Assembly (NCBI GenBank): GCA_043819555.1
Contig: JBDREQ010000004.1
Location: forward strand, 1 to 20,054
Reading direction: 5' to 3'
DNA: 20,054 nucleotides
Source: Candidatus Zixiibacteriota bacterium
GTDB lineage: Bacteria; Zixibacteria; MSB-5A5; GN15; JAAZOE01
The notes under the pieces are model-generated. The model searched no databases and was not told the DNA's origin. It worked only from the letters and a program-made list of their open reading frames with translations. The position numbers were made by a program, and so were the translations under genes. Shown piece after piece: positions 1 to 8,400 of the stretch (position 1 is the stretch's first letter; every line of letters begins with the position of its first letter).

Positions 1-87
1 GGCAAAACGCCGATTCAGACTTTTACTGACGGAATGGAATTGGCAAATAATGCAAATCTGGAGAATGAAGAGAAACTGACGGCCTAA
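1..87 (+). CDS. 3' end (partial) of an IS481-family transposase
   Basis: Frame 1 reads GKTPIQTFTDGMELANNANLENEEKLTA*. GKTPxQTFxD resembles the C-terminus of one IS481 subgroup, and an IS481-like terminal sequence follows. Confidence 0.75.
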   Translation, partial: GKTPIQTFTDGMELANNANLENEEKLTA

Positions 88-140
88 ACCAAAAACCTCT
101 CAGAGGTAAGTGACTGTCAAGTTAAGTATCGTTCAGTACA
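1..140 (+). mobile_element. Right end of an IS481-like insertion sequence; terminal inverted repeat about 115-140
   Basis: TGTCAAGTTAAGTATCGTTCAGTACA (115-140) ends in ACA, fitting the TGT...ACA termini of IS481, and lies 27 bp after the transposase stop. The left IR is outside the window. Confidence 0.7.
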
Positions 141-973
141 TTATAATATACCTTGTTCTTACATGTAGATTATTGAGCGCTGATAATGGTGTTTTCAAAT
201 CCGATTTGGAACAATTTGCAAATTTTCTATCACAATTTGGCTGGGATTATCAGATAACGGACATCCCTTTTAATGAAACCCATTTTAAAACTGTCAGGTC
301 AGTTAAGTTCAATTACCGGTTTCCAGAAGATGATGGTTATTTCCCTAAATTGGATGTTGTTGAAATAAATTATAAACAATCAGAGAATATTCCAGGTTTC
401 AATGATTCTTTAAACCAGATTTATGGTATCGGACGACCACGGCGTCCACATGATAATTCCTTTCCATTAATCAGATATCAATCTACCTTCAAGTGGGTTA
501 GGAGTGATTTATTTCAGGAATATGGTACATGGTTGGCATATCGCATAAATAATGTTGTTTATATAGTCTATAAAACTCCCACTCGTCAGGATATTCGTGG
601 GTTTTTTAATATCATGGTTGGATTTTTCAAGAATACAAATGGCAATGAATTTAGCGTTTTGAAGAAAATAGTGGAATCAAAATACAAGAGAGATCTAGAG
701 TTTTTTCAGGCAACCAAGACGACCCAGTCTTCTTTGAAGACGAATGGTTATTACAATGGACACATTGATGGTGTATTCGGGCGAAAGACAAAAGAAGGAT
801 TACAGCAGTTTTTATATGACCAAGGATATTATCTGGGGGAAATAGACGGAGTCTATGGCAGAAATACTACAGAGGCGTTAAAGAAATTTCAGATAGAGAA
901 TGATTTAAAGCCTACCGGTGAAATAAACAATGAAACAGCTAAGACATTTGCCAATTACGGGATTAGTGATTAA
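110..973 (+). CDS. Exported protein with two C-terminal peptidoglycan-binding (PG_binding_1-like) domains; 5' end overlaps the IS end
   Basis: Two repeats, GYYNGHIDGVFGRKTKEGLQQF and GYYLGEIDGVYGRNTTEALKKFQ...LKPTG, are typical of PGBD. The N-terminus is hydrophobic and ends LSA-D. The first 10 codons come from the IS end. Confidence 0.8.
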   Translation: MTVKLSIVQYIIIYLVLTCRLLSADNGVFKSDLEQFANFLSQFGWDYQITDIPFNETHFKTVRSVKFNYRFPEDDGYFPKLDVVEINYKQSENIPGFNDSLNQIYGIGRPRRPHDNSFPLIRYQSTFKWVRSDLFQEYGTWLAYRINNVVYIVYKTPTRQDIRGFFNIMVGFFKNTNGNEFSVLKKIVESKYKRDLEFFQATKTTQSSLKTNGYYNGHIDGVFGRKTKEGLQQFLYDQGYYLGEIDGVYGRNTTEALKKFQIENDLKPTGEINNETAKTFANYGISD

Positions 974-1007
974 TTTGAATATCAGTTTATAACGATAGGA
1001 GTTAAGT

Positions 1008-1586
1008 ATGCATGTAAAACCTTTTTATTCACTCTTTGTATTCATGGTATGCCTCTGCATGGCAACAATATTCGGGTGTGAAGGTGAAGTAGGTCCTACC
1101 GGTCCAGAAGGCTCTCCTGGTTTAGACGGCCAGGATGGTCAGGACGGACAGAGTGGTCAGGATGGCCAGGATGGTAACGCTAATGTAATCATGTTCGAAT
1201 TCGGCAGCAGGACCACCTCGACTGCTTTGATCGACTATTTGTTCGAGGCTTCGTCAGGGCTCGTAGACTCTAGTTTAGTACTCGCGTACTCCACTCGGTC
1301 GACCGGTTCCCCCGTGCAATGGTATCCTGTCCCTGGATTGGGATTCTTAGCTGACTATATGACTCGCAGTTATTACTATCAATCCAATACCGACCCAAGT
1401 GTATATAGCTATAGGGTTCGGCTCCATACACCAGACGGTTCTAGCGAATATATGACCGAGGTCACCTTCACGAAATTTAGGATATTTCTGGTACCAGCAT
1501 CGTCAATAATATTGGGCAAAAGGTTAGGTACACTAGATATTGCTGATTATAGTTCAGTAAGAAAGTATTTCGATTTTTCGGACTAG
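1008..1586 (+). CDS. Collagen-like lipoprotein
   Basis: AGGAG RBS, hydrophobic signal with lipobox-like IFGC, 11 Gly-X-Y triplets (GEV...GQD GNA), then NANVI and a globular domain. The layout resembles short collagen-like lipoproteins of Bacteroidota. Confidence 0.85.
   Translation: MHVKPFYSLFVFMVCLCMATIFGCEGEVGPTGPEGSPGLDGQDGQDGQSGQDGQDGNANVIMFEFGSRTTSTALIDYLFEASSGLVDSSLVLAYSTRSTGSPVQWYPVPGLGFLADYMTRSYYYQSNTDPSVYSYRVRLHTPDGSSEYMTEVTFTKFRIFLVPASSIILGKRLGTLDIADYSSVRKYFDFSD
1128..1172 (+). repeat. Five degenerate 9-bp tandem units (GGNCAGGAY) encoding GQD/GQS
   Basis: ggccaggat ggtcaggac ggacagagt ggtcaggat ggccaggat. Confidence 0.85.
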
Positions 1587-1677
1587 GCTCGTGCAATTTA
1601 TATATTGATTTTAAAATGCCAACTTTTGCTATTTGGGTGGTATTTATGAACGCATTTTGAAGGGATCGGAGGTAGGT

Positions 1678-2802
1678 ATGCTCCTTCTACGAATATTTTA
1701 TCTGATGGGTCTTATAGCAATTATTGTTTTATGTCCTACCGCAGATGGCGATTCACTAAAAGCAGATACTGTCAAAAGCAAAGAGGATATAGCTTTCGAT
1801 TCTGAATTAGCTTCTAAAGATCAGGATTATTTCGATAAGGTTTTTAAGGTGTTAGTCAAAGCCGCTGATGAAGGCGATCCTGAGGCAATGTATCTGTTGG
1901 GTAAAATCTACGATGAAGGAATAGTGCTCGATCAAGACTGTGAGAAAGCATACAGCTGGTACATCTTGGCCGCCGAGCAACAACATGTCGGCGCGATGTT
2001 AAGGATTGCTGACCTGTACAATGAAGGCAGAGGAAGAGAACAAGATCATGTGAAGGAACTGGAATGGTACCATAAGGCTGCAGACTTGGGAAGCGCAAAA
2101 GCGTTTTGTAATATCGGCAAATGTTATATGGAAAGTGAGGGTGTACCACAGGATTATCAGCAGGCACTGGAGTGGTTTCAAAAGGCAGCGGATTTAGGAG
2201 ATGCCGAAGGCCACTACGAGATAGGAGTGATTTATCTCAACGGTTATGGTGTTGATCCAGATCTTGGTGAGGCATTTGATCAGTTTTCGACCGCGGCAGA
2301 TCTCGGGTCAAGAAGCGCACAGTACAATCTGGGTTGTATGTACAGCTACGGGGACGGAGTTGATCAGGATTTTGAGGAGGCCTATAACTGGTTTATGAAA
2401 GCAGCGGATCGGGGAGACTCGCTCGCCCAATATAATATTGGTTATATGTACCAACACGGGGAATTTGTTGATGTAGACTACAAAAAGGCACTTGAGTGGT
2501 ATCGTCCGTCTGCAGACCGTGGATGTGTTGAGTCTATGAACGCGATCGGTATCGCCTATCAGAAAGGACTGGGTGTAGACGTTAATTACGCGGAGGCTGG
2601 TAAATGGTATCTAAAGGCTGCAGAAAAGGGCTTTCCTTCTGCTCAGTGTAATCTGGGACTGCTCTATCATAGAATTAGTATGAATGAAGAAGAAAACATT
2701 GTGGATGAAGAAATGTTGGCTCAGGCTAAATACTGGATACAAAAAGCTGCAGAGGCTGGACATCAAGGTGCACAGAATTACATTTATAGGAACGACTGGT
2801 GA
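1678..2802 (+). CDS. Secreted Sel1-like repeat protein
   Basis: About 8 36-aa Sel1 repeats (e.g. AQYNLGCMYSYGDGVDQDFEEAYNWFMKAADRG). ATG 1678 follows GGAGGT and gives a signal peptide; the ORF track starts at TTG 1633. Confidence 0.92.
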   Translation: MLLLRIFYLMGLIAIIVLCPTADGDSLKADTVKSKEDIAFDSELASKDQDYFDKVFKVLVKAADEGDPEAMYLLGKIYDEGIVLDQDCEKAYSWYILAAEQQHVGAMLRIADLYNEGRGREQDHVKELEWYHKAADLGSAKAFCNIGKCYMESEGVPQDYQQALEWFQKAADLGDAEGHYEIGVIYLNGYGVDPDLGEAFDQFSTAADLGSRSAQYNLGCMYSYGDGVDQDFEEAYNWFMKAADRGDSLAQYNIGYMYQHGEFVDVDYKKALEWYRPSADRGCVESMNAIGIAYQKGLGVDVNYAEAGKWYLKAAEKGFPSAQCNLGLLYHRISMNEEENIVDEEMLAQAKYWIQKAAEAGHQGAQNYIYRNDW

Positions 2803-2904
2803 GATTTATGAATAACTAAAGGACAATAATAAAACAGAACCCATTAATGGCCAGAATGTGACTGCTGTAAGGAATTTGAAAATGTCCTTTGAGAACTGCA
2901 TAAG

Positions 2905-4155
2905 ATGAAGAAAATGCTCTTAATAGTCATGATAATGGTTATGCTTTTCTTGACTACTATTCTATACCTTATCATTGGTGGTTCAGGTAATAGTTCCACA
3001 CTATCTAATTGCAGTGTAAATCTGAATTATGACGGCGCCTTGGGGCGGTCCACAATGGGTATGCAGGATGGCGGATATGTTATTGCCACATCAGCAATGA
3101 TGGTTGAAACCGGCGATTCGGACATGCTCCTGCTCCAGTTAGACTCTCTGGGAAGTGAAATTCGACAGATGCCCATTGGCTCCTCTCTGAATGAAACAGG
3201 TCTTTACATCACGCCAACTTTTGGTAGCGGATATGTGATCGCAGGTTTAGTAGAAAGGCCAGGGTGGCACGATAATCCAGGTGTGAGAACCCACAACATC
3301 TACATGGTTGCACTGGATTCCACACTTGACCTATTGTGGGAGACGACATTTTATTTTCAGCATATCGCTTCCGTCGTGACCACATCGGACGGCGGATATG
3401 TTATCGCGGGAAACAATGTTTTGGATGATCGAAAACAGGTATTTCTAATTAAGGTCGACTCACTCGGTAGGACTGTATGGGATAAGCTCCTCGCACCGCG
3501 AGGATGGGAAAGTTGCAAATCTATGATCTTAATTCCGGGAGGTTATTTTGTATTAACGGGATGGGCATTTTCATTGGAGAACACCAGTGCTGATATTTAT
3601 CTGGCCAAAGCGGATTCTTCGGGCAATTTGCTATGGAAAAAGTATTACTCTATGACAGATTCAACTTCTGGTCACGGTCTAAACATTAAAGATTATGAGG
3701 TCGGCTGGTCTGTATCCTCTACGCCTGATGCCGGATTTATTATTACAGGGCACAGAGGAACTGTTGAAACTGGCATTGATTCAAGGGATTTGAGGGCCAA
3801 CGATGATCTGATTATTGTGAAAACTGATTCATTGGGTTTGGTTGTATGGGAGCGCGCTTACAATTTAAATATAGGACAAAGGGGATATTCTGTCATACCG
3901 GATTATAATGGCGGCTATGCAGTGGCGGGAATCACTAGAGCCAATAATGAGATAGATGAGGATATTTTAGTAGTTAAGATAGACGAAAGCGGAACGCTCA
4001 TTTGGACGAAGGTATTTGAAGATCCCGGATCGGAAAAAGTACAATGCATTCTGCAGGCAATTAACGGCGACTATTTTATTACTGTGACCGGTGCCTCTGA
4101 TAAGATCGCCAATATGGGGAAATACATGATCCGCATTGACCCTGATGCCGAGTAG
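2905..4155 (+). CDS. Exported or membrane-anchored beta-propeller-like repeat protein
   Basis: N-terminal MKK plus hydrophobic segment; about 7 repeats of DGGYVIAG...DxxLxKxDSxGxxxWxK. Confidence 0.8.
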   Translation: MKKMLLIVMIMVMLFLTTILYLIIGGSGNSSTLSNCSVNLNYDGALGRSTMGMQDGGYVIATSAMMVETGDSDMLLLQLDSLGSEIRQMPIGSSLNETGLYITPTFGSGYVIAGLVERPGWHDNPGVRTHNIYMVALDSTLDLLWETTFYFQHIASVVTTSDGGYVIAGNNVLDDRKQVFLIKVDSLGRTVWDKLLAPRGWESCKSMILIPGGYFVLTGWAFSLENTSADIYLAKADSSGNLLWKKYYSMTDSTSGHGLNIKDYEVGWSVSSTPDAGFIITGHRGTVETGIDSRDLRANDDLIIVKTDSLGLVVWERAYNLNIGQRGYSVIPDYNGGYAVAGITRANNEIDEDILVVKIDESGTLIWTKVFEDPGSEKVQCILQAINGDYFITVTGASDKIANMGKYMIRIDPDAE

Positions 4156-4302
4156 TCTCCATCTTTTCTAATAACATGATAAAAAGCTTCCCTTTCATCT
4201 GCATTTTGAATATATTGAATCAAGGGTAAGTCCTAAATCAAATTGATTGACAGAGAAAAGAATATTGGTTAGACAAAACCACAGGAAAGGTGGATAGATT
4301 CT

Positions 4303-4467
4303 ATGACGTTAATAAAGATCTATATTTTAACTGAAAACTCATTGGCGCCGAATCATCCTGATGTGGCCGTGATTTTGGAAAATCTGGCGGCTTGGAGGAA
4401 AAACAAATCTAATCATATAAACCTGACGACTTTGGTTGACACATTTGATCCTGGTTATAGATTGTAA
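4303..4467 (+). pseudogene. Short ORF (54 aa) containing a fragment of a kinesin-light-chain-type TPR repeat
   Basis: Translates MTLIKIYILTENSLAPNHPDVAVILENLAAW...; ENSLAPNHPDVAVILENLA matches the ExxLGxxHPDVAxxLxNLA pattern. Only part of one repeat is present. Confidence 0.55.
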
Positions 4468-4534
4468 TCAGGAGGTCGTTAGAATGTCGAAATCAGAGCC
4501 GGATATCAAGCGGAAGCTTCGAGTTTTGCCGTAA
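4417..4534 (+). mobile_element. 5' remnant of a second IS481-like element (hairpin, RBS, first about 15 codons of transposase); left boundary approximate
   Basis: Hairpin TCCTGGTTA-N7-TAATCAGGA (4449-4473) overlaps the AGGAGG RBS. ATG 4484 gives MSKSEPDIKRKLRVL-P*, resembling the DIxRKL+VL N-terminus of IS481 transposases. Confidence 0.5.
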
Positions 4535-4596
4535 ACTATTATGCACTTCAAGTCCGTGACGATCCGGATAATTCCATTGTTGAAGAGATGTAAAAA

Positions 4597-5460
4597 ATGA
4601 AAATCTCACCAGTTAGCTATGTGCAGTATGTCGTAGTCATCTTTCTCTTGGCGGTGGTCTTAGACTCAGTTTCAATATCGAATGACAATGACAGGCCCAC
4701 ATTTATAGCATTTGGCGATACGGATGCGATTTGGATGAATTACGAGGAATCATCTTTACCGCTCATAAAATACTGGCCGCGCTTCGAGTTTGACGATTCA
4801 TTGATAATAGCGGCATATAATAAGACGTGGGCGAAATTGGATAGCATGGAAATCGAAGAATCTTCGATTTCGTGCTCCTTAATCGTTGCAGCTATTCCTA
4901 GGCTCTCAATTGAGAATTTTACTGGGGATGGAAAATCCATCATGCGCTGGAACTTGGCGAAACGCAATTATGATGGAATTCCCCCTTCCGATTACCAACT
5001 CTTTACTCGGCTTGATGGTAGTATGGGCGGATATGAAGAGCATATAATAGTCCGATCAGGGAATAACGCCGTTTACCAATTCTTCGTGGGAACCATGCGT
5101 GGTTACATGAATATGAGTGCTAATAAAGGATTTGATGTGTTTTCGAATATTCTTGCATCAACAAGATACGGTGGTCTAGATCTTCTGATAATGCATAACA
5201 ACATTGACAATTGCCCATTCACGGAGGAAGAAATCCGCCAATATGAAGATGAACATCAAATAACACCATGCTATACCATGGCCGACTTGTGTGATTTGCC
5301 GGTACCGTATTATTGGAATGGCGAGAGATTGGCATTTGAGAGAATAAATGCAAAATCATTCTATACAAACCTGCTTAAAAATTCGCACGGGCTTTTGCCA
5401 AGAGATGCTGTTGCAATAACAAAGGGTATTGAAGGCCTAGGTATTAAAGTCGCCAAGTAA
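4597..5460 (+). CDS. Hypothetical exported protein
   Basis: 287-aa ORF with a hydrophobic N-terminal segment; no family recognised. Confidence 0.7.
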   Translation: MKISPVSYVQYVVVIFLLAVVLDSVSISNDNDRPTFIAFGDTDAIWMNYEESSLPLIKYWPRFEFDDSLIIAAYNKTWAKLDSMEIEESSISCSLIVAAIPRLSIENFTGDGKSIMRWNLAKRNYDGIPPSDYQLFTRLDGSMGGYEEHIIVRSGNNAVYQFFVGTMRGYMNMSANKGFDVFSNILASTRYGGLDLLIMHNNIDNCPFTEEEIRQYEDEHQITPCYTMADLCDLPVPYYWNGERLAFERINAKSFYTNLLKNSHGLLPRDAVAITKGIEGLGIKVAK

Positions 5461-5530
5461 AATTTATTATGAGGTAGCGAGTTTTTCTATAATAATAAAT
5501 GTTGCGATAACGTTGGCAATAGGAGAGAAT

Positions 5531-5640
5531 TGTAGCGTTTCAGCAGAAGTCGAACACTCCTTTCGTTAAGACTGAAATACCAAAACTATGTCTTAACCAA
5601 AAGACCTTCCGTGTCCGACGACTTTGGCTGAACCGCTACA
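5531..5640. mobile_element. 110-bp MITE-like / internally deleted IS with terminal inverted repeats (TGT...ACA; IS481- or IS3-type)
   Basis: Left end TGTAGCGTTTCAGCAGAAGTCG vs reverse complement of right end TGTAGCGGTTCAGCCAAAGTCG (19/22). Internal inverted repeat GTTAAGAC (5565-5572)/GTCTTAAC (5590-5597). No target duplication seen. Confidence 0.7.
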
Positions 5641-5833
5641 GTCGCCACGGGGTTCTACTTTTATCGTCTTCACGCAGGTGACTTTGTAAAGTCAAAAAAG
5701 ATGCTACTCCTCAACCCTCCCGGAAATAGGACAAAATATACCCTGATTTTTATTGACATAATTTGGCTTTCGGTTATTTTATTTATATACATCTCTATAT
5801 AGGCATTAGGGTAATTACTAATACTTGACAACC

Positions 5834-5878
5834 GACCGGTGGCCCATTGTTCCGCGCAGCGGAACGGTGGGTTCCCGC
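5834..5878 (+). repeat. REP-like palindrome (GTGG foot plus hairpin)
   Basis: GACCG-GTGG-CCCATTGTTCCGC-GCA-GCGGAACGGTGGG-TTCCCGC; inverted partner at 6067-6106. Confidence 0.8.
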
Positions 5879-5887
5879 ATAGAGCGA

Positions 5888-5917
5888 TTGACAAGGGCGC
5901 ATAAATATTCTTATACT
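5888..5917 (+). promoter_or_regulatory. Sigma70-type promoter for the RAYT gene
   Basis: TTGACA (5888-5893), 18-bp spacer, TATACT (5912-5917); ATG at 5925. Confidence 0.55.
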
Positions 5918-5924
5918 TCTTAGT

Positions 5925-6066
5925 ATGGTGCGCCTCAGACACTATGACGGTTTCAACATGGTTCGTGCGATAAATTTTTCCTGCTATCGCCGTTTACGGT
6001 TATTACGGGACAGATTTGAAAGAGAAGTTGTAATAGAATCGTTAAATAAAGCCCGCAGCAAATTTG
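5925..6066 (+). pseudogene. Truncated REP-associated tyrosine transposase (RAYT/TnpA-REP), N-terminal about 48 aa
   Basis: MVRLRHYD...AINFSCYRRLRLL...VIESLNKARSKFG matches RAYT N-termini (F+TFSCYRRxxLL). It runs into the REP just before the expected YVxMPxHxH motif; the reading frame continues to a stop at 6110. Confidence 0.75.
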
Positions 6067-6106
6067 GCGGGAACCCACCGCAACAAGTTGCAGTGGGCCA
6101 CCGGTC
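6067..6106 (-). repeat. REP-like palindrome, inverted copy
   Basis: The reverse complement is GACCG-GTGG-CCCACTGCAAC-TT-GTTGCGGTGGG-TTCCCGC. It has the same flanks and outer stem as 5834-5878 but a different inner stem. Confidence 0.8.
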
Positions 6107-6336
6107 TTGAGTCATAGTACGATCACACCGTCGTTTCGCGATATCAGTATAATGCGAAACATATCGTATCGATGGTACTTTTGAGACAGCCTCAGGATGT
6201 CTGCCGCCCACGGAACCATCAATACAAAAACCCCGCTTTATCAACACGCCCCAAGCTTGTGAGGCACCCGGCACATGACCCGAAGGTTATAGGCTACGAT
6301 ATAATTGTCCCTGTTTAGTGCAGTGCGAATAATTCG

Positions 6337-6675
6337 CTATACTTCATGTCCGACGGTGAAGATCGCCGTTGGATCAATATATACACTCCAGGATTTAACA
6401 AATTGTTGGCCTGCATCTGTTCCAAGGAAACTTAGCATCGCATCCAAATCTGATACTTCAATCTTGGCAACATAAAGATAGGGCGGTTCGGCCGGCAATT
6501 CTCCCTCGGGGTTGGAGACAGCCGGGCCAAGGACTTTTTCTATTTTCCAGGTATTAAAATCTGTACACCAAGGGGCACCCCTTACACCTGGAATTTTCGT
6601 TTCGATAAGATAATTATCGTATTCCCCGGCCATTTGGTCCTCTTTCAGATTGTAAACTGCAAAAAGTGTTGGCAT
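6337..6675 (-). CDS. Small dimeric alpha/beta-barrel protein, REDY/HapK- or EthD-like
   Basis: YNLK...EYDxY...P.V...PPYxYVAxIEVSDLDA pattern; GAGAGGTG RBS upstream on the minus strand. Confidence 0.65.
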   Translation of the reverse strand: MPTLFAVYNLKEDQMAGEYDNYLIETKIPGVRGAPWCTDFNTWKIEKVLGPAVSNPEGELPAEPPYLYVAKIEVSDLDAMLSFLGTDAGQQFVKSWSVYIDPTAIFTVGHEV

Positions 6676-7123
6676 TATTTCACCTCTCTGTTATTATTTG
6701 ATTTGTTTATGATAATAGATATTGTCGCATGGGGTCATGGTCCTTTTATTAAATGAAATTAAGGATTTTTCACAGCGATTTATCTTACCAAGAAATAAAT
6801 TACAACAAAACACGATTTTTTCAGAAGTCTGTCGATGTGCGAGTCTTTCTATATGCATGATATACGTAATAATTTATTTTTCTAAGTATCTTTTCGCAAC
6901 ATATTTCTAAAAATAATTCCCAAAGCATCAGGTAAAAAGAGAAGATTTAACGGGCTGATCATCTGGATTGTTATATATCAATACTAATGCGGGGACATCA
7001 TCCGCCCACGAAATGCTTCAATCCTGCACTGACGGTCATATCGTCGCCTGCGTTCCATCCAGACACCTCCATAAAACTAAAATATATCTTAACGTTTTGT
7101 CCGTCAATTCGCGGGTAGGGCAC

Positions 7124-7152
7124 TTGACATTAATTGAATTATATATTATTAT
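7124..7152 (+). promoter_or_regulatory. Sigma70-type promoter upstream of the PQQ-repeat gene
   Basis: TTGACA (7124-7129), 17-bp spacer, TATTAT (7147-7152). Confidence 0.6.
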
Positions 7153-7193
7153 AAAAATTATACAGCAGATTGGCAACTAATTGGGAGGTTGAA

Positions 7194-8303
7194 TTGAAGG
7201 TTCTGATATTAATTATAGTGTTGCTTGGACAGACAAATGTCTGTTCTTCGAATGATGATCATGTATTCATGTATAATGGCGGGCCGCAACATACGGGGGT
7301 CTATACAAGTCCTCCCTTAACCGAATTCCATCGCGTTAGATGGACGTTTGAGGGTCAAAAAGGCATTTCATCACCACCGCTTGTTTACGAAGGAATCGTT
7401 TATTTTGGCGACTGGGCAAATAATTTATATGCGGTAAATGTGCAATCGGGAAAAGCCATATGGGAAATAGCGACCGGCGAAGGCAGAGGTATAGGCGGGC
7501 CACCGACGATAATCGATTCGGTAGCATATTGGGGTACCGGCAACGGGCAACTCTACGCTATAGGAGCTTTTACAGGCAAAGAGTTGTGGAAATTCTATAC
7601 TGAAGGTTATAAGCGCGGCACAGACGCCTCTATATGCTTTCCGCCCCTGATCCATGATAATCTGGCATACTTTACCAGCCACGATAGCGGTATCTATATT
7701 GTCGATATCCTGGCAGGTAGTCTGAAACAACGGCTTGCAGGGAAGAATTCAATGTGCAACAGTCCCTCAATGGTTGACAGCACCATAATTTACACTGATG
7801 CCAGTGGAAACGTGTTCGCAATTGATGCCACGGCATGTAAACCTCGATGGCATTTTAAGGCCGAAGATAATATCCACCATTCACCTGCAATTGCTGAAGG
7901 TGTAGGGTATGTTACCAGTTGGGATCATCACGTTTACGCGATTGATATTGCGACCGGTGAAGAATTATGGAAATTCGAAACCGACAACAAGATGAACTAT
8001 GATCCAGCTGTTTACGATGATATGGTCTATGTAAATACCAATGAATCTCATTTATATGCTCTCGATGCCAAGACCGGAGAGCTGGTTTGGGAATTGAATT
8101 CAGGTGGGCGGACCTACTCTAAACCGGCTATTGCAGGTGATATAATCTATTTTGGAAGCGGCGATTACCACCTCTACGCCCTTGATGTCAAAACCTGTGA
8201 AGAGAAGTGGAAATTTAAGGCCGAAAGTATGGTCTGTCACCCGACGGTTTATGATGGGCGAGTGTTTTTTGGGAGTGGAACAAAAGTATACGTTTTAGAG
8301 TGA
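7194..8303 (+). CDS. Secreted PQQ-binding-like (BamB-like) beta-propeller protein
   Basis: About 8 repeats of SSPxxxxGxVYxGSxDxxLYAxDxxTGxxxWKF, with an N-terminal MYNGGPQHTG motif. TTG 7194 follows GGAGG; the ORF track starts at 7170. Confidence 0.9.
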   Translation: MKVLILIIVLLGQTNVCSSNDDHVFMYNGGPQHTGVYTSPPLTEFHRVRWTFEGQKGISSPPLVYEGIVYFGDWANNLYAVNVQSGKAIWEIATGEGRGIGGPPTIIDSVAYWGTGNGQLYAIGAFTGKELWKFYTEGYKRGTDASICFPPLIHDNLAYFTSHDSGIYIVDILAGSLKQRLAGKNSMCNSPSMVDSTIIYTDASGNVFAIDATACKPRWHFKAEDNIHHSPAIAEGVGYVTSWDHHVYAIDIATGEELWKFETDNKMNYDPAVYDDMVYVNTNESHLYALDAKTGELVWELNSGGRTYSKPAIAGDIIYFGSGDYHLYALDVKTCEEKWKFKAESMVCHPTVYDGRVFFGSGTKVYVLE

Positions 8304-8400
8304 TCCTGGTTTCATTCGTATGCAGAGTTACCGATATGCCCAATGGGACATCTCCCGTCATTGGTAACTTAGCTTCAACTGCATACATGATTTCTCTTTC

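Noticed and set aside
110..5460. Integron cassette array (run of unrelated same-strand genes)
   Set aside because: No convincing attC (RYYYAAC...GTTRRRY with a long imperfect stem) in the gaps, several of which are too short; no integrase.
5894..5921. dif-like site AGGGCGCATAA-ATATTC-TTATACTTCTT
   Set aside because: The XerC-like arm matches E. coli dif 9/11, but the normally conserved XerD arm only 6/11; better explained as the promoter spacer and -10.
5531..6300. CRISPR array or structured ncRNA in the hairpin-rich gap
   Set aside because: No regularly spaced direct repeats; the hairpins are explained by MITE/REP elements and no known RNA family was recognised.
5670..7180. Short ORFs 5670-5942, 5984-6274, 6722-6910, 6968-7180
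   Set aside because: They cross REP/promoter DNA, have no clear RBS and show no recognisable motifs.
7194..8303. Assigning the symbol bamB
   Set aside because: PQQ-like repeats are generic, and there is no bam/der gene context or clear lipobox.
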